Source: the human T2T-CHM13v2.0 reference genome, Homo sapiens. From it: a DNA stretch of 64,000 nt. The stretch lies in assembly GCF_009914755.1 (NCBI RefSeq), contig NC_060927.1; one strand, written 5' to 3'. A program made the translations under genes and the position numbers. The notes under the pieces are model-generated. The model saw only the letters and a program-made list of their open reading frames with translations. It did not search any database and had not been told where the DNA came from. This document shows positions 40,147 through 55,097 of the stretch, piece after piece (the stretch's first letter is position 1; every line of letters starts with the position of its first letter).

Positions 40147-41403
40147 GACTGTAAACTAGTTCAACCATTGTGGAAGACAGTGTGGCGATTTCTCAAGGAT
40201 CTAGAACTAGAAATACATTTGACCCAGCCATCCCATTACTGGGTGTATACCCAAAGGATTATAAATCATGCTGCTACAAAGACACATGCACACATATGTT
40301 TATTGTGGCACTATTCGCAGTAGCAGAGACTTGGAACCAACCCAAATGTCCATCAATAATAGACTGAATTAAGAAAATGTGGCACATATACACCACGGAA
40401 TACTATGCAGCCATAAAAAAGGATGAGTTCATGTCCTTTGCAGGGACATGGATGAAGCTGGAAACCCTCATTCTAAGCAAACTATCACAAGGAGAGAAAA
40501 CCAAACACCACATGTTCTCACTTATAAGTGGGAGTTGAACAATGAGAACACATGGACACAGGGAGGGGAATATCACACACTGGGGCCTGTTGTGGGGTGG
40601 GGGCCTGGGGGAGGGATAGCATTAGGAGAAATACCTCATGTAAATGATGAGTTGATGGGTGCGGCAAACCAACATGGCACATGTATACCTATGTAACAAA
40701 CCTGCACATTGTGCACATGTACCCTAAAACTTAAAGTATAATAATAAATAAATTACATTTCTTCCAACGTATTTATCAGCTACAAAAGCGGACCCTTTTA
40801 ATCTCCCTCTCACCAACTACTACTTCTGTGTCTCAATTTGTCATTAAATCAAGTGAGGAATGTTTATTCTTAGAGCCATCCTTAAAAAAGAAAAGAAAAG
40901 AAAAGAAAATATCTTGCACTTATCTTTGGTTGATGACCTAATATCTGGAACACTGTTTCTTATTAATAAGTTTGTGGTAGGCTATAATAAACTCCATATA
41001 AAGCCATGCCAGTTGTGCACATGTACCCTAGAACTTAAAGTATAATAAAAAAAAGAAGGGGTTCATAAGCACCCTGTAAACACTGAAGCCTATTCAAAAG
41101 GAGAGGGGTAGGACACATCTCACCATCAATCATCACAAGACGACAATGGTATGAATAACCAATGTTTACTTCATACAGGGGCTACTTAAGGAGGTCACTA
41201 TATCTCAATGTGAAAACTCCAATGAACCAGGCACTATGTTCAATTGAAATCAACCTAGAGAACCTTATCTCTCTGCATAAATGCTCCTGCTGCATGGTTT
41301 TTCATGGCCACTGGTGGAATTCTGTGATGGGGGAACAGGAAATCTGGACACAGAAGGGTGGGAATAAAATGAGCCTGTGCTGCTTTCAAAAAAAAAAAAA
41401 AAA
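40147..41403 (+). mobile_element. 5'-truncated L1PA (about L1PA6) carrying a 3' transduction of about 640 bp
   Basis: L1 3' end 40147-40751; non-L1 sequence to 41387; AATAAA 41363-41368; poly(A) from 41388; whole unit bounded by the 16-bp TSD aagaatagtccatagg (40131-40146 / 41404-41419) at a TT/AAGA endonuclease-type site. Confidence 0.92.
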
Positions 41404-42275
41404 AAGAATAGTCCATAGGCTAAAGCTTATTGCTAGGGTTACCACCTAGAACAGGGAAGCTTAATTGTGAATTAGAAAGTAGATTTTTTTCTTTTTCAAA
41501 GTTCAAAGATAAGACAATAGCCAGACATTCAAGTGGTTAAAGGATTTTCTGAGAACTTCCAAAGCTGGGTTTTTACCTAACAAAAAGCATATTTGGAGGA
41601 TTATTTTATGTCATAATCATAGTAAGAAGAGTAATTCTAGACACCAAGGACTGGTCAGTCCATCCCATTTAGGTATGGGGGACTGAGGTACATAGATTCA
41701 GAGTGGGTGAGGCTAGGGTAAGAATGATACCTGGGCCCTGAGGAGGGAATAAGTTCCCTTTATCTTAGAGATGAAACAAAATAGAACTTTCACAAAGGCC
41801 AAAGAGTAATCCCTAAAACTGCAGGCTGTTGCTAGGGTTTCTCTGGGTATAGCCTGCAAAACCCACAGACCTTTTGGAAAGTCTTGTTTGGAGCAAAGTG
41901 CCATCTCTGTCATAGCACAGTAGTAATGAATAAAGGATGAAGGACAAAGCCAAAGGGCAGTTTTTATAGGGTTCTGCACACTCCAGGGTAATGCAGAGAA
42001 AGCAACCAAGAGTTTTGACTATCCCCTGACCACCCCCCCACCACCTCCCCGCAGGAGTTGATAGTACTGAGTGGGCTGCAAGACTGAAATTGGCTTGGTT
42101 TCAAGAGGGAGGAGGAGGCAGCTCTATGCAGATTTCTTGTGAACAGAGAGATTGGACATCTCTCTGCAACTACTGGCACAGCTTGCCTGCTGACCAAGTG
42201 GATGAAGTCAAAGCAAAACCTGATGCTGAGAAGTGAAGCTCATGAAAAGCCATCCTGGAAGGACAGTAAAAGAAG

Positions 42276-42737
42276 TCATGCTTCAGGGAGGCAGCCAAAA
42301 TGGCCGAATAGGAACAGCTCCAGTCTACAGCTCCCAGCGTGAGTGACGCAGAAGACGGGTGATTTCTGCATTTCCATCTGAGGTACTGGGTTCATCTCAC
42401 TAGGGAGTGCCAGACAGTGGGCACAGGACAGTGGGTGCAGCACACTGTGCGCGACCCGAAGCAGGGCAAGACATTGCCTCACTCGGGAAGCGCAAGGGGT
42501 CAGGGAGTTCCCTTTCCCAGTCAAAGAAAGGGGTGACAGACGGCACCTGGAAAATCGGGTCACTCCCATCCTAATACTGCGCTTTTCTGACGGGCTTAAA
42601 AAACGGCGCACCAGGAGATTATATCCCACGCAAGGCTCGGAGGGTCCTACGCCCACGGAATCTCGCTGATTGCTAGCACAGCAGTCTGAGATCAAACTGC
42701 GAGGCAGCAGCGAGGCTAGGGGAGGGGCGCCCGCCAT
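42276..42737 (-). CDS. L1 ORF0 (antisense), extended to 153 aa
   Basis: N-terminus MAGAPPLASLLPRSLISDCCASNQRDSVGVGPSEP matches primate L1 ORF0; the frame stays open past the element 5' end. Confidence 0.55.
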   Translation of the reverse strand: MAGAPPLASLLPRSLISDCCASNQRDSVGVGPSEPCVGYNLLVRRFLSPSEKRSIRMGVTRFSRCRLSPLSLTGKGNSLTPCASRVRQCLALLRVAHSVLHPLSCAHCLALPSEMNPVPQMEMQKSPVFCVTHAGSCRLELFLFGHFGCLPEA

Positions 42738-43320
42738 TGCCCAGGCTTGCTTAGGTAAACAAAGCAGCCAGGAAGCTCAAACTGGGTGGAGCCCACCACA
42801 GCCCAAGGAGGCCTGCCTGCCTCTGTAGGCTCCACCCCTGGGGGCAGGGCACAGATAAACAAAAAGACAGCAGTAACCTCTGCAGACTTAAATGTCCCTG
42901 TCTGACAGCTTTGAAGAGAGCAGTGGTTCTCCCAGCAGGCAGCTGGAGATCTGAGAACGGGCAGACTGCCTCCTCAAGTGGGTCCCTGACCCCTGACCCC
43001 CGAGCAGCCTAACTGGGAGGCAACCCCCAGTAGGGGCAGACTGACACCTCACACGGCCAGGTACTCCTCTGAGACAAAACTTCCAAAGGAACGATCAGAC
43101 AGCAGCATTTGCCGTTCACAAAAATCCGCTGTTCTGCAGCCACCACTGCTGATACCCAGGCAAACAGGGTCTGGAGTGGACCTCTAGCAAACTCCAACAG
43201 ACCTGCAGCTGAGGGTCCTGTCTGTTAGAAGGAAAACTAACAAACAGAAGGGACATCCACACCAAAAACCCATCTGTACATCACCATCATCAAAGACCAA
43301 AAGTAGATAAAACCACAAAG
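42285..43320. promoter_or_regulatory. L1 5' UTR internal sense and antisense promoter
   Basis: CpG-containing L1PA 5' UTR; YY1-type site present as the variant AAAATGGCCG (42297-42306). Confidence 0.8.
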
Positions 43321-44337
43321 ATGGGGAGAAAACAGAGCAGAAAAACTGGAAACCCTAAAAAGCAGAGCACCTCTCCTCCTCCAAAGGAACGCAGTTCCTC
43401 ACCAGCAATGGAACGAAGCTGGACGGAGAATGACTTTGATGAGTTGAGAGAAGAAGGCTTCAGACAATCAAACTACTCCGAGCTACAGGAGGAAATTCAA
43501 ACCAAAGGCAAAGAAGTAAAAAACTTTGAAAAAAATTTAGACGAATGTATAACTAGAATAACCAATACAGAGAAGTGCTTAAAGGAGCTGATGGAGCTGA
43601 AAGCCAAGGCTCGGGAACTACGTGAAGAATACAGAAGCCTCAGGAGCCGATGTGATCAACTGGAAGAAAGGGTATCAGTGATGGAAGATGAAATGAATGA
43701 AATGAAGCAAGAAGGGAAGTTTAGAGAAAAAAGAATAAAAAGATATGAACAAAGCCTCCAAGAAATATGGGACTATGTGAAAAGACCAAATCTACGTCTG
43801 ATTGGTGTACCTGAAAGTGACGGGGAGAAAGGAACCAAGTGGGAAAACACTCTACAGGATATTGTCCAGGAGAACTTCCCCAATCTAGCAAGGCAGACCA
43901 ACATTCAGATTCAGGAAATACAGAGAACGCCTCAAAGATACTCCTCGAGAAGAGCAACTCCAAGACACATAATTGTCAGATTCACCAAAGTTGAAATGAA
44001 GGAAAAAATGTTAAGGGCAGCCAGAGAGAAAGGTCGGGTTACCCACAAAGGGAAGCCCATCAGACTAACAGCAGATCTCTCGGCAGAAACTCTACAAGCC
44101 AGAAGAGAGTGGGGACAAATATTCAACATTCCTAAAGAAATGAATTTTCAGCCCATAATTTCATATCCAGCCAAACTAAGCTTCATAAGTGAAGGAGAAA
44201 TAAAATACTTTACAGAGAAGCAAATGCTGAGAGATTTTGTCACCACCAGGCCTGCCCTAAAAGAGCTCCTGAAGGAAGCACTAAACATGGAAAGGAACAA
44301 CCGGTACCAGCCACTGCAAAATCATGCCAAATTGTAA
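43321..44337 (+). CDS. LINE-1 ORF1p (RNA-binding chaperone), intact 338 aa
   Basis: Canonical length; coiled coil, RPNLRLIGVPE, REKG, ARR and YPAKLS motifs all present. Confidence 0.93.
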   Translation: MGRKQSRKTGNPKKQSTSPPPKERSSSPAMERSWTENDFDELREEGFRQSNYSELQEEIQTKGKEVKNFEKNLDECITRITNTEKCLKELMELKAKARELREEYRSLRSRCDQLEERVSVMEDEMNEMKQEGKFREKRIKRYEQSLQEIWDYVKRPNLRLIGVPESDGEKGTKWENTLQDIVQENFPNLARQTNIQIQEIQRTPQRYSSRRATPRHIIVRFTKVEMKEKMLRAAREKGRVTHKGKPIRLTADLSAETLQARREWGQIFNIPKEMNFQPIISYPAKLSFISEGEIKYFTEKQMLRDFVTTRPALKELLKEALNMERNNRYQPLQNHAKL

Positions 44338-44400
44338 AAACCATCAAGGCTAGGAAGAAACTCCATCAACTAACAAGCAAAATAACCAGCTAACATCATA

Positions 44401-48216
<3,816 letters not shown>

Positions 48217-49786
48217 ACAGTGAGAACACATGGACACAGGAAGGGGAACATCACACTCTGGGGACTGGTGGGGGGTTGGGGGAGGGGGGAGGGATAGCAT
48301 TAGGAGATATACCTAATGCTACATGACGAGTTAATGGGTGCAGCACACCAGCATGGCAAATGTATACATACGTAACCTGTACATTGTGCACATGTACCCT
48401 AAAACTTAAAGTATAATAATAATGAAAGACAAAAAAGAAGTCATGCTTCCTCTTATATCCAAATGCCAACTTGGTAAGAAGGGAGGAGATAACTGTAGGG
48501 AGGGGTAGAAATTTTTATGGATTAAACAGCCAAAGCAAAGTGTTTTAAATCAGAAGATACTGAGATGCCTTTTTAAATGACAAGGTTGATTTTTTTCCTG
48601 TGATGATTTGAAATAGCGACTTGTAACTAGAAACAAGTTTAGAAAATACAGTTACTTTTTTTTGTTTGTTTGTTTCATGCCCTGGATTGTGGCTGACCAG
48701 TTTATACCTACTGTGCTGGAAAAGTTTAAATTATAAATTACTGTCACAGTCTCCGTAGATACTAAAATCTCTGATCTATAAAACCTGTATTGCATGAGCA
48801 ATACTGTCATTCCTCCTTTTTCTATAACAGTTATTAAAGGAGAAGAACTATGCTACGATTCATGTGTATTTACTGAGCATATAAAGCAGTCTATGCAGTT
48901 CGTACATACCTCTCTCTAAATGCATTGAGGAAAATTATATCTCTTACGTAAATCATCTAAGACTTTCTGAATTTTGTTAGATCCTGCCATTTCTTATTTT
49001 ACACAGGAGGCTGCCAGCTCTCAACTGATTGAATTGATTACTTCATTAAAGCTAGAAATACAGATCTGATGAGTTTTGCAATTAATTGTATAGAAAGCTG
49101 GGCTTGGAAAAAGAAGAGGATGCACTGAGTAGCAGAGTAGACCTGATGCTCAGTTAAACCTAAACTGCTACTGGTACAGCAAGTCAGACAAGCAGTCTGG
49201 ACCTTACTCAGGGTCAGGAGAAAGCGGCAAATCAGAACCCAGGAAGAGAGTCAGGGAACATTATGGTATATACCCATTGAATTTAGATGATCAAGAGTTT
49301 AAGCCAGACAGTAACCTACAGGGCTACAGGGCAATAAAGAGTCACACGTAACAAATCTTTGTTGTGAAATAGACAAATATTTCATGCTATTTCAGAAACT
49401 ATTCCCAGAGTTGAGCAGAGTAAATCTGCAGTTAGGCAGTGTTAGGTAAGTGAAAGAATCATGTGAGGTTAGGACTAAGGCTTCATCCTGATGTCAGCCT
49501 GTGGTGGTACATTCTGACACTAACTGCAGACAAATTTCTCACCTTCATATGTTTCCTGAAAACTTATCCCGAATTTATTTTTGTTAATTATCTCATCTCC
49601 TCTTATACCCAAGTGCATTCCTTGACTCAACTTCTCATCTTTCTTTTATGTATCCCAAAAAAGTTTGCTCCTCATCAGTGTCCTTTACACTGTAAAATTT
49701 TTGCCTGAGAGTATTCTCTTTTAGAAAATCTTCTCATATCAATTCCAAGTAGTTTTAGGTGGAAGCACAGAAACACTAAATCTCTG

Positions 49787-50255
49787 TTGTCAATCAGGTT
49801 ATGCTAAATTATGCTGCATAACAAACAACATCAAAATTTCAGTTATTTAACACAGGTCTCCAGCCCCTGGTGCCAGTTTATGGACAAACTGTCTTCTGAA
49901 AAACTGGTCCCTGGTGCCAAAAAGGTTGAGGACCGCTGATTTAACCCATCAAAAGTTTATTTCTCCTCACACAGATACACTGTGTAACTGGGTGATTCTC
50001 TGGGGTGACTGACTTCGTCTTGGTAGTTTAGCAATCCAGACTGCTTTGATCTTGTGGCACCATGATTGCTATGGCAGGGAGGGGAGATTCTGTAGAAAGT
50101 CTCACACTGGCAATTAAATGCTTTGACCTGGCTTAAGTATCATTGGCCAGAATAGTTGCATGGTCTTACTTCACTGCAAGGAGTGGGGAAATACAACCCT
50201 TGCATGGGCCGGAAGGAATGGGATATCAGAATGGATAAGTACAAAGTCACTAGTA
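49787..50255 (-). mobile_element. Old MLT1 (J/K/L-like) MaLR LTR
   Basis: ctaaattatgctgcataacaaacaac...aaaagtttatttctc...cattggccagaatagttgcatggtc. Confidence 0.65.
49853..49938. mobile_element. Internally deleted MER1-type hAT MITE (86 bp)
   Basis: Ends ggtccctggtgccaaaaaggttgaggaccgctg (MER1 terminus); 8-bp TSD atttaaca/atttaacc. Confidence 0.8.
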
Positions 50256-50890
50256 CACCTTATTTGGGCAGTGTAAGGTTTTTGTGGTGATTATTGATTT
50301 CTGAGAAGCAAGAAATTATAATGGTGTTTGTTACCGTAAGTGCTTTTTTTAATCTACCCATTGTCTAATAACCTTTAAAATATTTCCTAAAGGGCAGGTT
50401 ATTTACTGAATCTTGAGGATGCCAGTGCCTGGAGATATGTGTGTGTGTGTGTGAGTGTGTATATGTATATCTGCATACACATAAATGAGATTATATCCAT
50501 AGAAAATATTTGATTCTTTTTCAGTTCTTAATATCTAGCATAACAGGCAGGTTTAGCATTTTTTTAAATAATCCTACTGTCTTAAAATGGTATGTGGAAT
50601 TATGTTCCCAAGAGGATCTGAAGAGTATGAGGGCATAGCCTTCCCATTAAATCCATTAATTCTCTATGGGAGCTCCATATCAGCAGCTTCTGTTTCCAGA
50701 AAACAGTAAATATATTGAATGGAGAGACCATTAAAAGAAATACAGAAAGCTTAGATGTATCTCTGAGGGGCGATTTGACCCCAGCAACAGTATCTGACTC
50801 CTTATTATTTATAAACATACGGTGTCTACATTTAGGAAAAAATTCTTCTGAAATTGGTAAATCTTCGAAGACGGAAGGAAATCTATTTAA

Positions 50891-51176
50891 TTTTTTTTTG
50901 ACACAAGGTCTCACGCTATCACCCAGGCTGGCATGCACTGGCACAATCACAGCTCACTGCAGCCTCGACCTCGTCAAGCGTGATCCTTCTACCTCAGCCT
51001 TCCAGGTAGCTGGGACTGCAGGTGTGCACCACCATGCCTGGCTAATTTTTTTATTTTTTATAGAGATGGAATTTCACCATTTTGCCTGGGCTGGTCTCGA
51101 GCTCTTGGGCTTGAGTGATCAGCCTGCCTTGGCCTCCCAAAATGCTAGGCCAGGCATGAGCCACTGTGCCTGGCCC
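50891..51176 (-). mobile_element. AluJ
   Basis: Diverged dimer; TSD gaaatctattt on both sides. Confidence 0.9.
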
Positions 51177-52871
51177 AGAAATCTATTTTAAAAGGAAGAA
51201 AACTGATAGGAGGACCACTTGAAAAAATATTTATATGTACTGTAGTTGCCCTTTGTTTTTCTGTCAGGGTTTTGAATTAGCTATGTTGAATGAGAGCTCT
51301 CAGTCAGCAACTACTGATTTCATTTCAACAGAGCAAACACAAACATACTGAACTTAGATTTTAGAAAAATAACTTTGTGTATGATGGTTCACAGAACCAA
51401 TGGTGATGGTTCACAATGATGCTTAAAGGTTCATCAAGCCCTGCCAATAAAATTAGTCTGGGAACATTTAATATGTTTGTCACAATAAAATGTTCTATAT
51501 AACAAACCTCTTTAAAGGAAGTGGTGGAAATTAGTTTCTAACAGCTGCATCAAATATCAATAAGTACGTTTGCAAAAAACTGAGCTGATAGTTGAGACTT
51601 TTATTTTAGGATTGAAAAAAACAATCTGAGAATTAAATTCATATACTTGTCTACAATTATAAATTACAAATAATTTATTATATGGTTAAAACAATCATGC
51701 TTTTTATTTTGCTTCTACCTCTTTTATTTAAAAAGTAGCTGTAAGAATAACAGAACTGAAATTAAGTATTTAAATATCTAAATATTTCTTGCTATGGAAA
51801 GCAAAAAAGCTGATGTGCTTTAAGTTATTGTGCCATTGTGCATGAACTAACATGGGTTGTTGAGTGCTTGCTTATGTCTAGGCATTGTTACCTATTTATT
51901 ATGTGTAGTATCTCCTTTGGTCCTATTATTACCTTGTCAAAATTAACATTCACATATATCCAGTAAATTGACCAAGGGTACCTAGCCACAAAGTGTTAGA
52001 AGCAAAATTTGAATCCACATGTATGTTCTTTTCATTATACTGTTTTTGAGATTTGGAATGGGAGTGGCAGAGACAAGGGGATGATCATGAAGCAGCCATG
52101 ATCTGATCTCATTGCCGTTTTTGACTATTCAACTATTCAACATCATGAACATTACCTTTTTTCAGATTCTTTATTTGCTGCTTTTCATGGACTCTGGACA
52201 AATGACTAGTTTTTTGTCTTTGCCTGTGTTTCTTGTACTCTTTCAGGATCATTTCCCTACTCTAATGATGTTGCTAAGGGGAATGGCAGAGTGCTGGTCC
52301 TGTCATCTTTATTGCTAACATCTCCTTTGAGAAATATGGTTCTGGCAGGTTTTTAGAATGTAGATCAACAAGATAAGAGTTGTACTAGGCCTTCATAAGC
52401 AGTGAGGACTGGAGAAATCACCTAGATTCCTCAGGCCAGATATGAATGGGCTAGTGTTAGCTCATAGTACAAATTTCTTTTCTAAACAAAAGACTATCTC
52501 CTTGTTCCTTCTTTTGGAATTAAAAGTTGCTTGTAAATAACTTTTTCATAATCTCTATAACTGGTGTCTACAGATTTTGGAAACAGCTTTAATGGTAGCA
52601 TATTTGAAATGATCTTTGATCTATTAAAAAAAATTTGTAGCACGTTTAGAAACCAACTTAAGATGCAGAACTTTTCTTTTTTTGCCTTTCTCTGGAAATT
52701 TCTAATGATATGTCCTTATCTTTGTGTAATTCTTAGCTGAGCATGGAGGTGTTTTTATTTTTTATATAATTAATAATTTTATTACTCAGGAAATTATACT
52801 TGCACCTTGAGGACACCTTGAAAATTTGGAATTCCAGTGTACTCAGACAGGGGAGATTCATGAAACATAGA

Positions 52872-52930
52872 TAATTGAATGAAATATGAACTAGCTTTCT
52901 AATTGAATGAAATATGAACTAGCTTTCTAA
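52872..52930. repeat. Perfect 28-bp tandem duplication
   Basis: taattgaatgaaatatgaactagctttc twice, followed by taa. Confidence 0.97.
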
Positions 52931-53869
52931 ACTCTGACTGTAGGATCACATCCCTGAATTGTTAAGGGTATGGAGAAAAATCTCTGAGCTGCCACCACAA
53001 AGCCAGTCCTCTCACTTGATGCCCCAGGAGTGATCTAGGACTCTCCCCAGTGTTCAGGTTAGTGGTTTTACCTGCTGGTCTAATTAGTTTTCCTTGGCAG
53101 TCTTCAGTTCTTCTTTCAGATCAGAAATAGTATCCCCAAATGGAAAGGCCCCATAATAGATGAATTTTTATAAAGGGCCTAAGTATTTGAATATTACTAT
53201 AAGACATCATTATTATAGCAGAGTGACACGATGTTCCAAAGTATTCCCATAGTCATCCAGAAAAGTTCAGCATGTTTATGCTGTACAGTAACAAAAAGAA
53301 GTGAGTGCTGTAACTTAGAAAAATTCGTTTTAAAAAAGTCAGTGTTAAAAAAAAAGTGAGTCCTTTCTCCCTATTACCTTCCTTCCTTTGTGTAACAAAG
53401 ATTAATTTTACTTCTGCTGTGTGCCAGAACAGTACTGAATGCTGTGGATACAAAGATGAATAAAACATGTTCTTTGTCCTCAAAGAGCTTGCTATGTAAT
53501 TGTTCAAATAGACATAAGAAAATAATTAGAATATGATGTAGTATTTTGATGGTAGTGTTCAAAATATTTCTGGAGAGCATAGAAGAAGAAATAATAATGA
53601 AATCTTCCTGACATGGTATGCGGGGGACCTATCAGGACTAGCTTCAGGTTCATGGTGAATTTTCCAGTTAATACTTCATTTTCCAGTGGTGTCAGATAAA
53701 TGAGGTACAGCTATATTTTTGAAAGATTACCTGTTTGGCATTTAACATCATTCCTCTGGGATTTTACCCTGTTTTGAATGGAAGGTAGCCTTTTTGAAAG
53801 AAGATGAGCCACTTTTGTAAATTTAGTATGAAACATTTTGAGCTCCTCAAGAAATTTCTTTATAATTTC

Positions 53870-54886
53870 TAAATAAATGGGACCTAATTAAACTAAAAAG
53901 CTTCTGCACACCAAAAGAAATAATCAGCAGAGTAAACAGACAACCCACCGAGAGAAAATATTCACAAACTATGCATTTGATAAAGGACTAAAATCCAGAA
54001 TCCACAAGGAATGCAAACAAATCAGCAAGAAAAAAAAATCCCATCAAAAAGTGGGCAAAGGACATGAATAGACATTTCTTAAAAGAAGATATACAAACAG
54101 CCAACAAAAATATGAAGAAATGCTCAACATCACTGATTATCGGGAAAACGCAAATTAAAACCACAGTGAGATACCACCTTACTCCTGTAAGAATGGCCAT
54201 AATTTAAAAATAAAAAATAATAGATGTTGGTGTGAATGTGGTGAAAAGGGAGTCCTTTTATACTGCTTCTGGGAATGTAAACTAGTACAACCACTATGGA
54301 AAACAGTGTGGAGATTCCTTAAAGAACTCAAAGTAGAACTACTATTTGATCCAGCAGTTCCATTACTGGGTATCTACCCAAAGGAAAATAAGTCATTATG
54401 TGAAAAAGACAACATGCACACACATGTTTATAGTAGCACAGTTTATAATTGCAAAGTTATGGAACCAAGCTAAGTGCCCGTTGACCAATGAGTGGTTAAA
54501 GAAAATGTGGTATATAGACACCATGGACTACTACTCAGCCATTAAAAGGAATGAAGTATGTTCTTTGCAGCAACTTAGATGGAGCTGGTGGACATTATTC
54601 TAAGTGAAGTAACTCAGAAATGGAAAACCAAATATTCTATGTTCTCATTTGTAAGTGGAAGCTAAGCTATGAGGATGCAAAGGCATAAGAGTGGTATGGA
54701 TGTTGGGGACTCAAGGAAAGGTTGGGAGCAGGGTGAGGGATGAGTTGGGTACAGTGTACATTACTCAGATGGTGGGTGCATTGAAATCTCAGAAATCACC
54801 ACTAAGGAACTTATCCATGTAACCAAAAACTACTTGCATCCCCAAAAACTATTCATATAAAAATAATAAATACAATAAAATACAAG
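53870..54886 (+). mobile_element. 5'-truncated L1PB-type 3' end (about 1 kb)
   Basis: aaatgggacctaattaaactaaaaagcttctgcac...gctaagctatgaggatgcaaaggcataag...A-rich tail. Confidence 0.9.
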
Positions 54887-55097
54887 GTATTATTGGATAT
54901 TCTTTAGCCATAGAACCATTTTTTAGAAAATCATGTATTTGAATGTTGAGTATAGTACAAGACCACTATCTGTATAATCTTATGTAATTTAAAAGTTTTA
55001 ATTGTATACATACTTAATCTCATAAATAGTGGGTACATATCTGAGAATAATTTCATAAAAAAGCTCCTTAAAACGAATTCATTTTAAATCAAATTCA

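Noticed and set aside
41450-42267. GC-richer segment upstream of the full-length L1 as a 5' transduction
   Set aside because: The TSD abuts the L1 5' end, so this sequence lies outside the insertion. It may be an old LTR, but I cannot assign it.
48260-48295. G-rich tract / G4 in the L1 3' UTR
   Set aside because: A standard feature of L1PA 3' UTRs.
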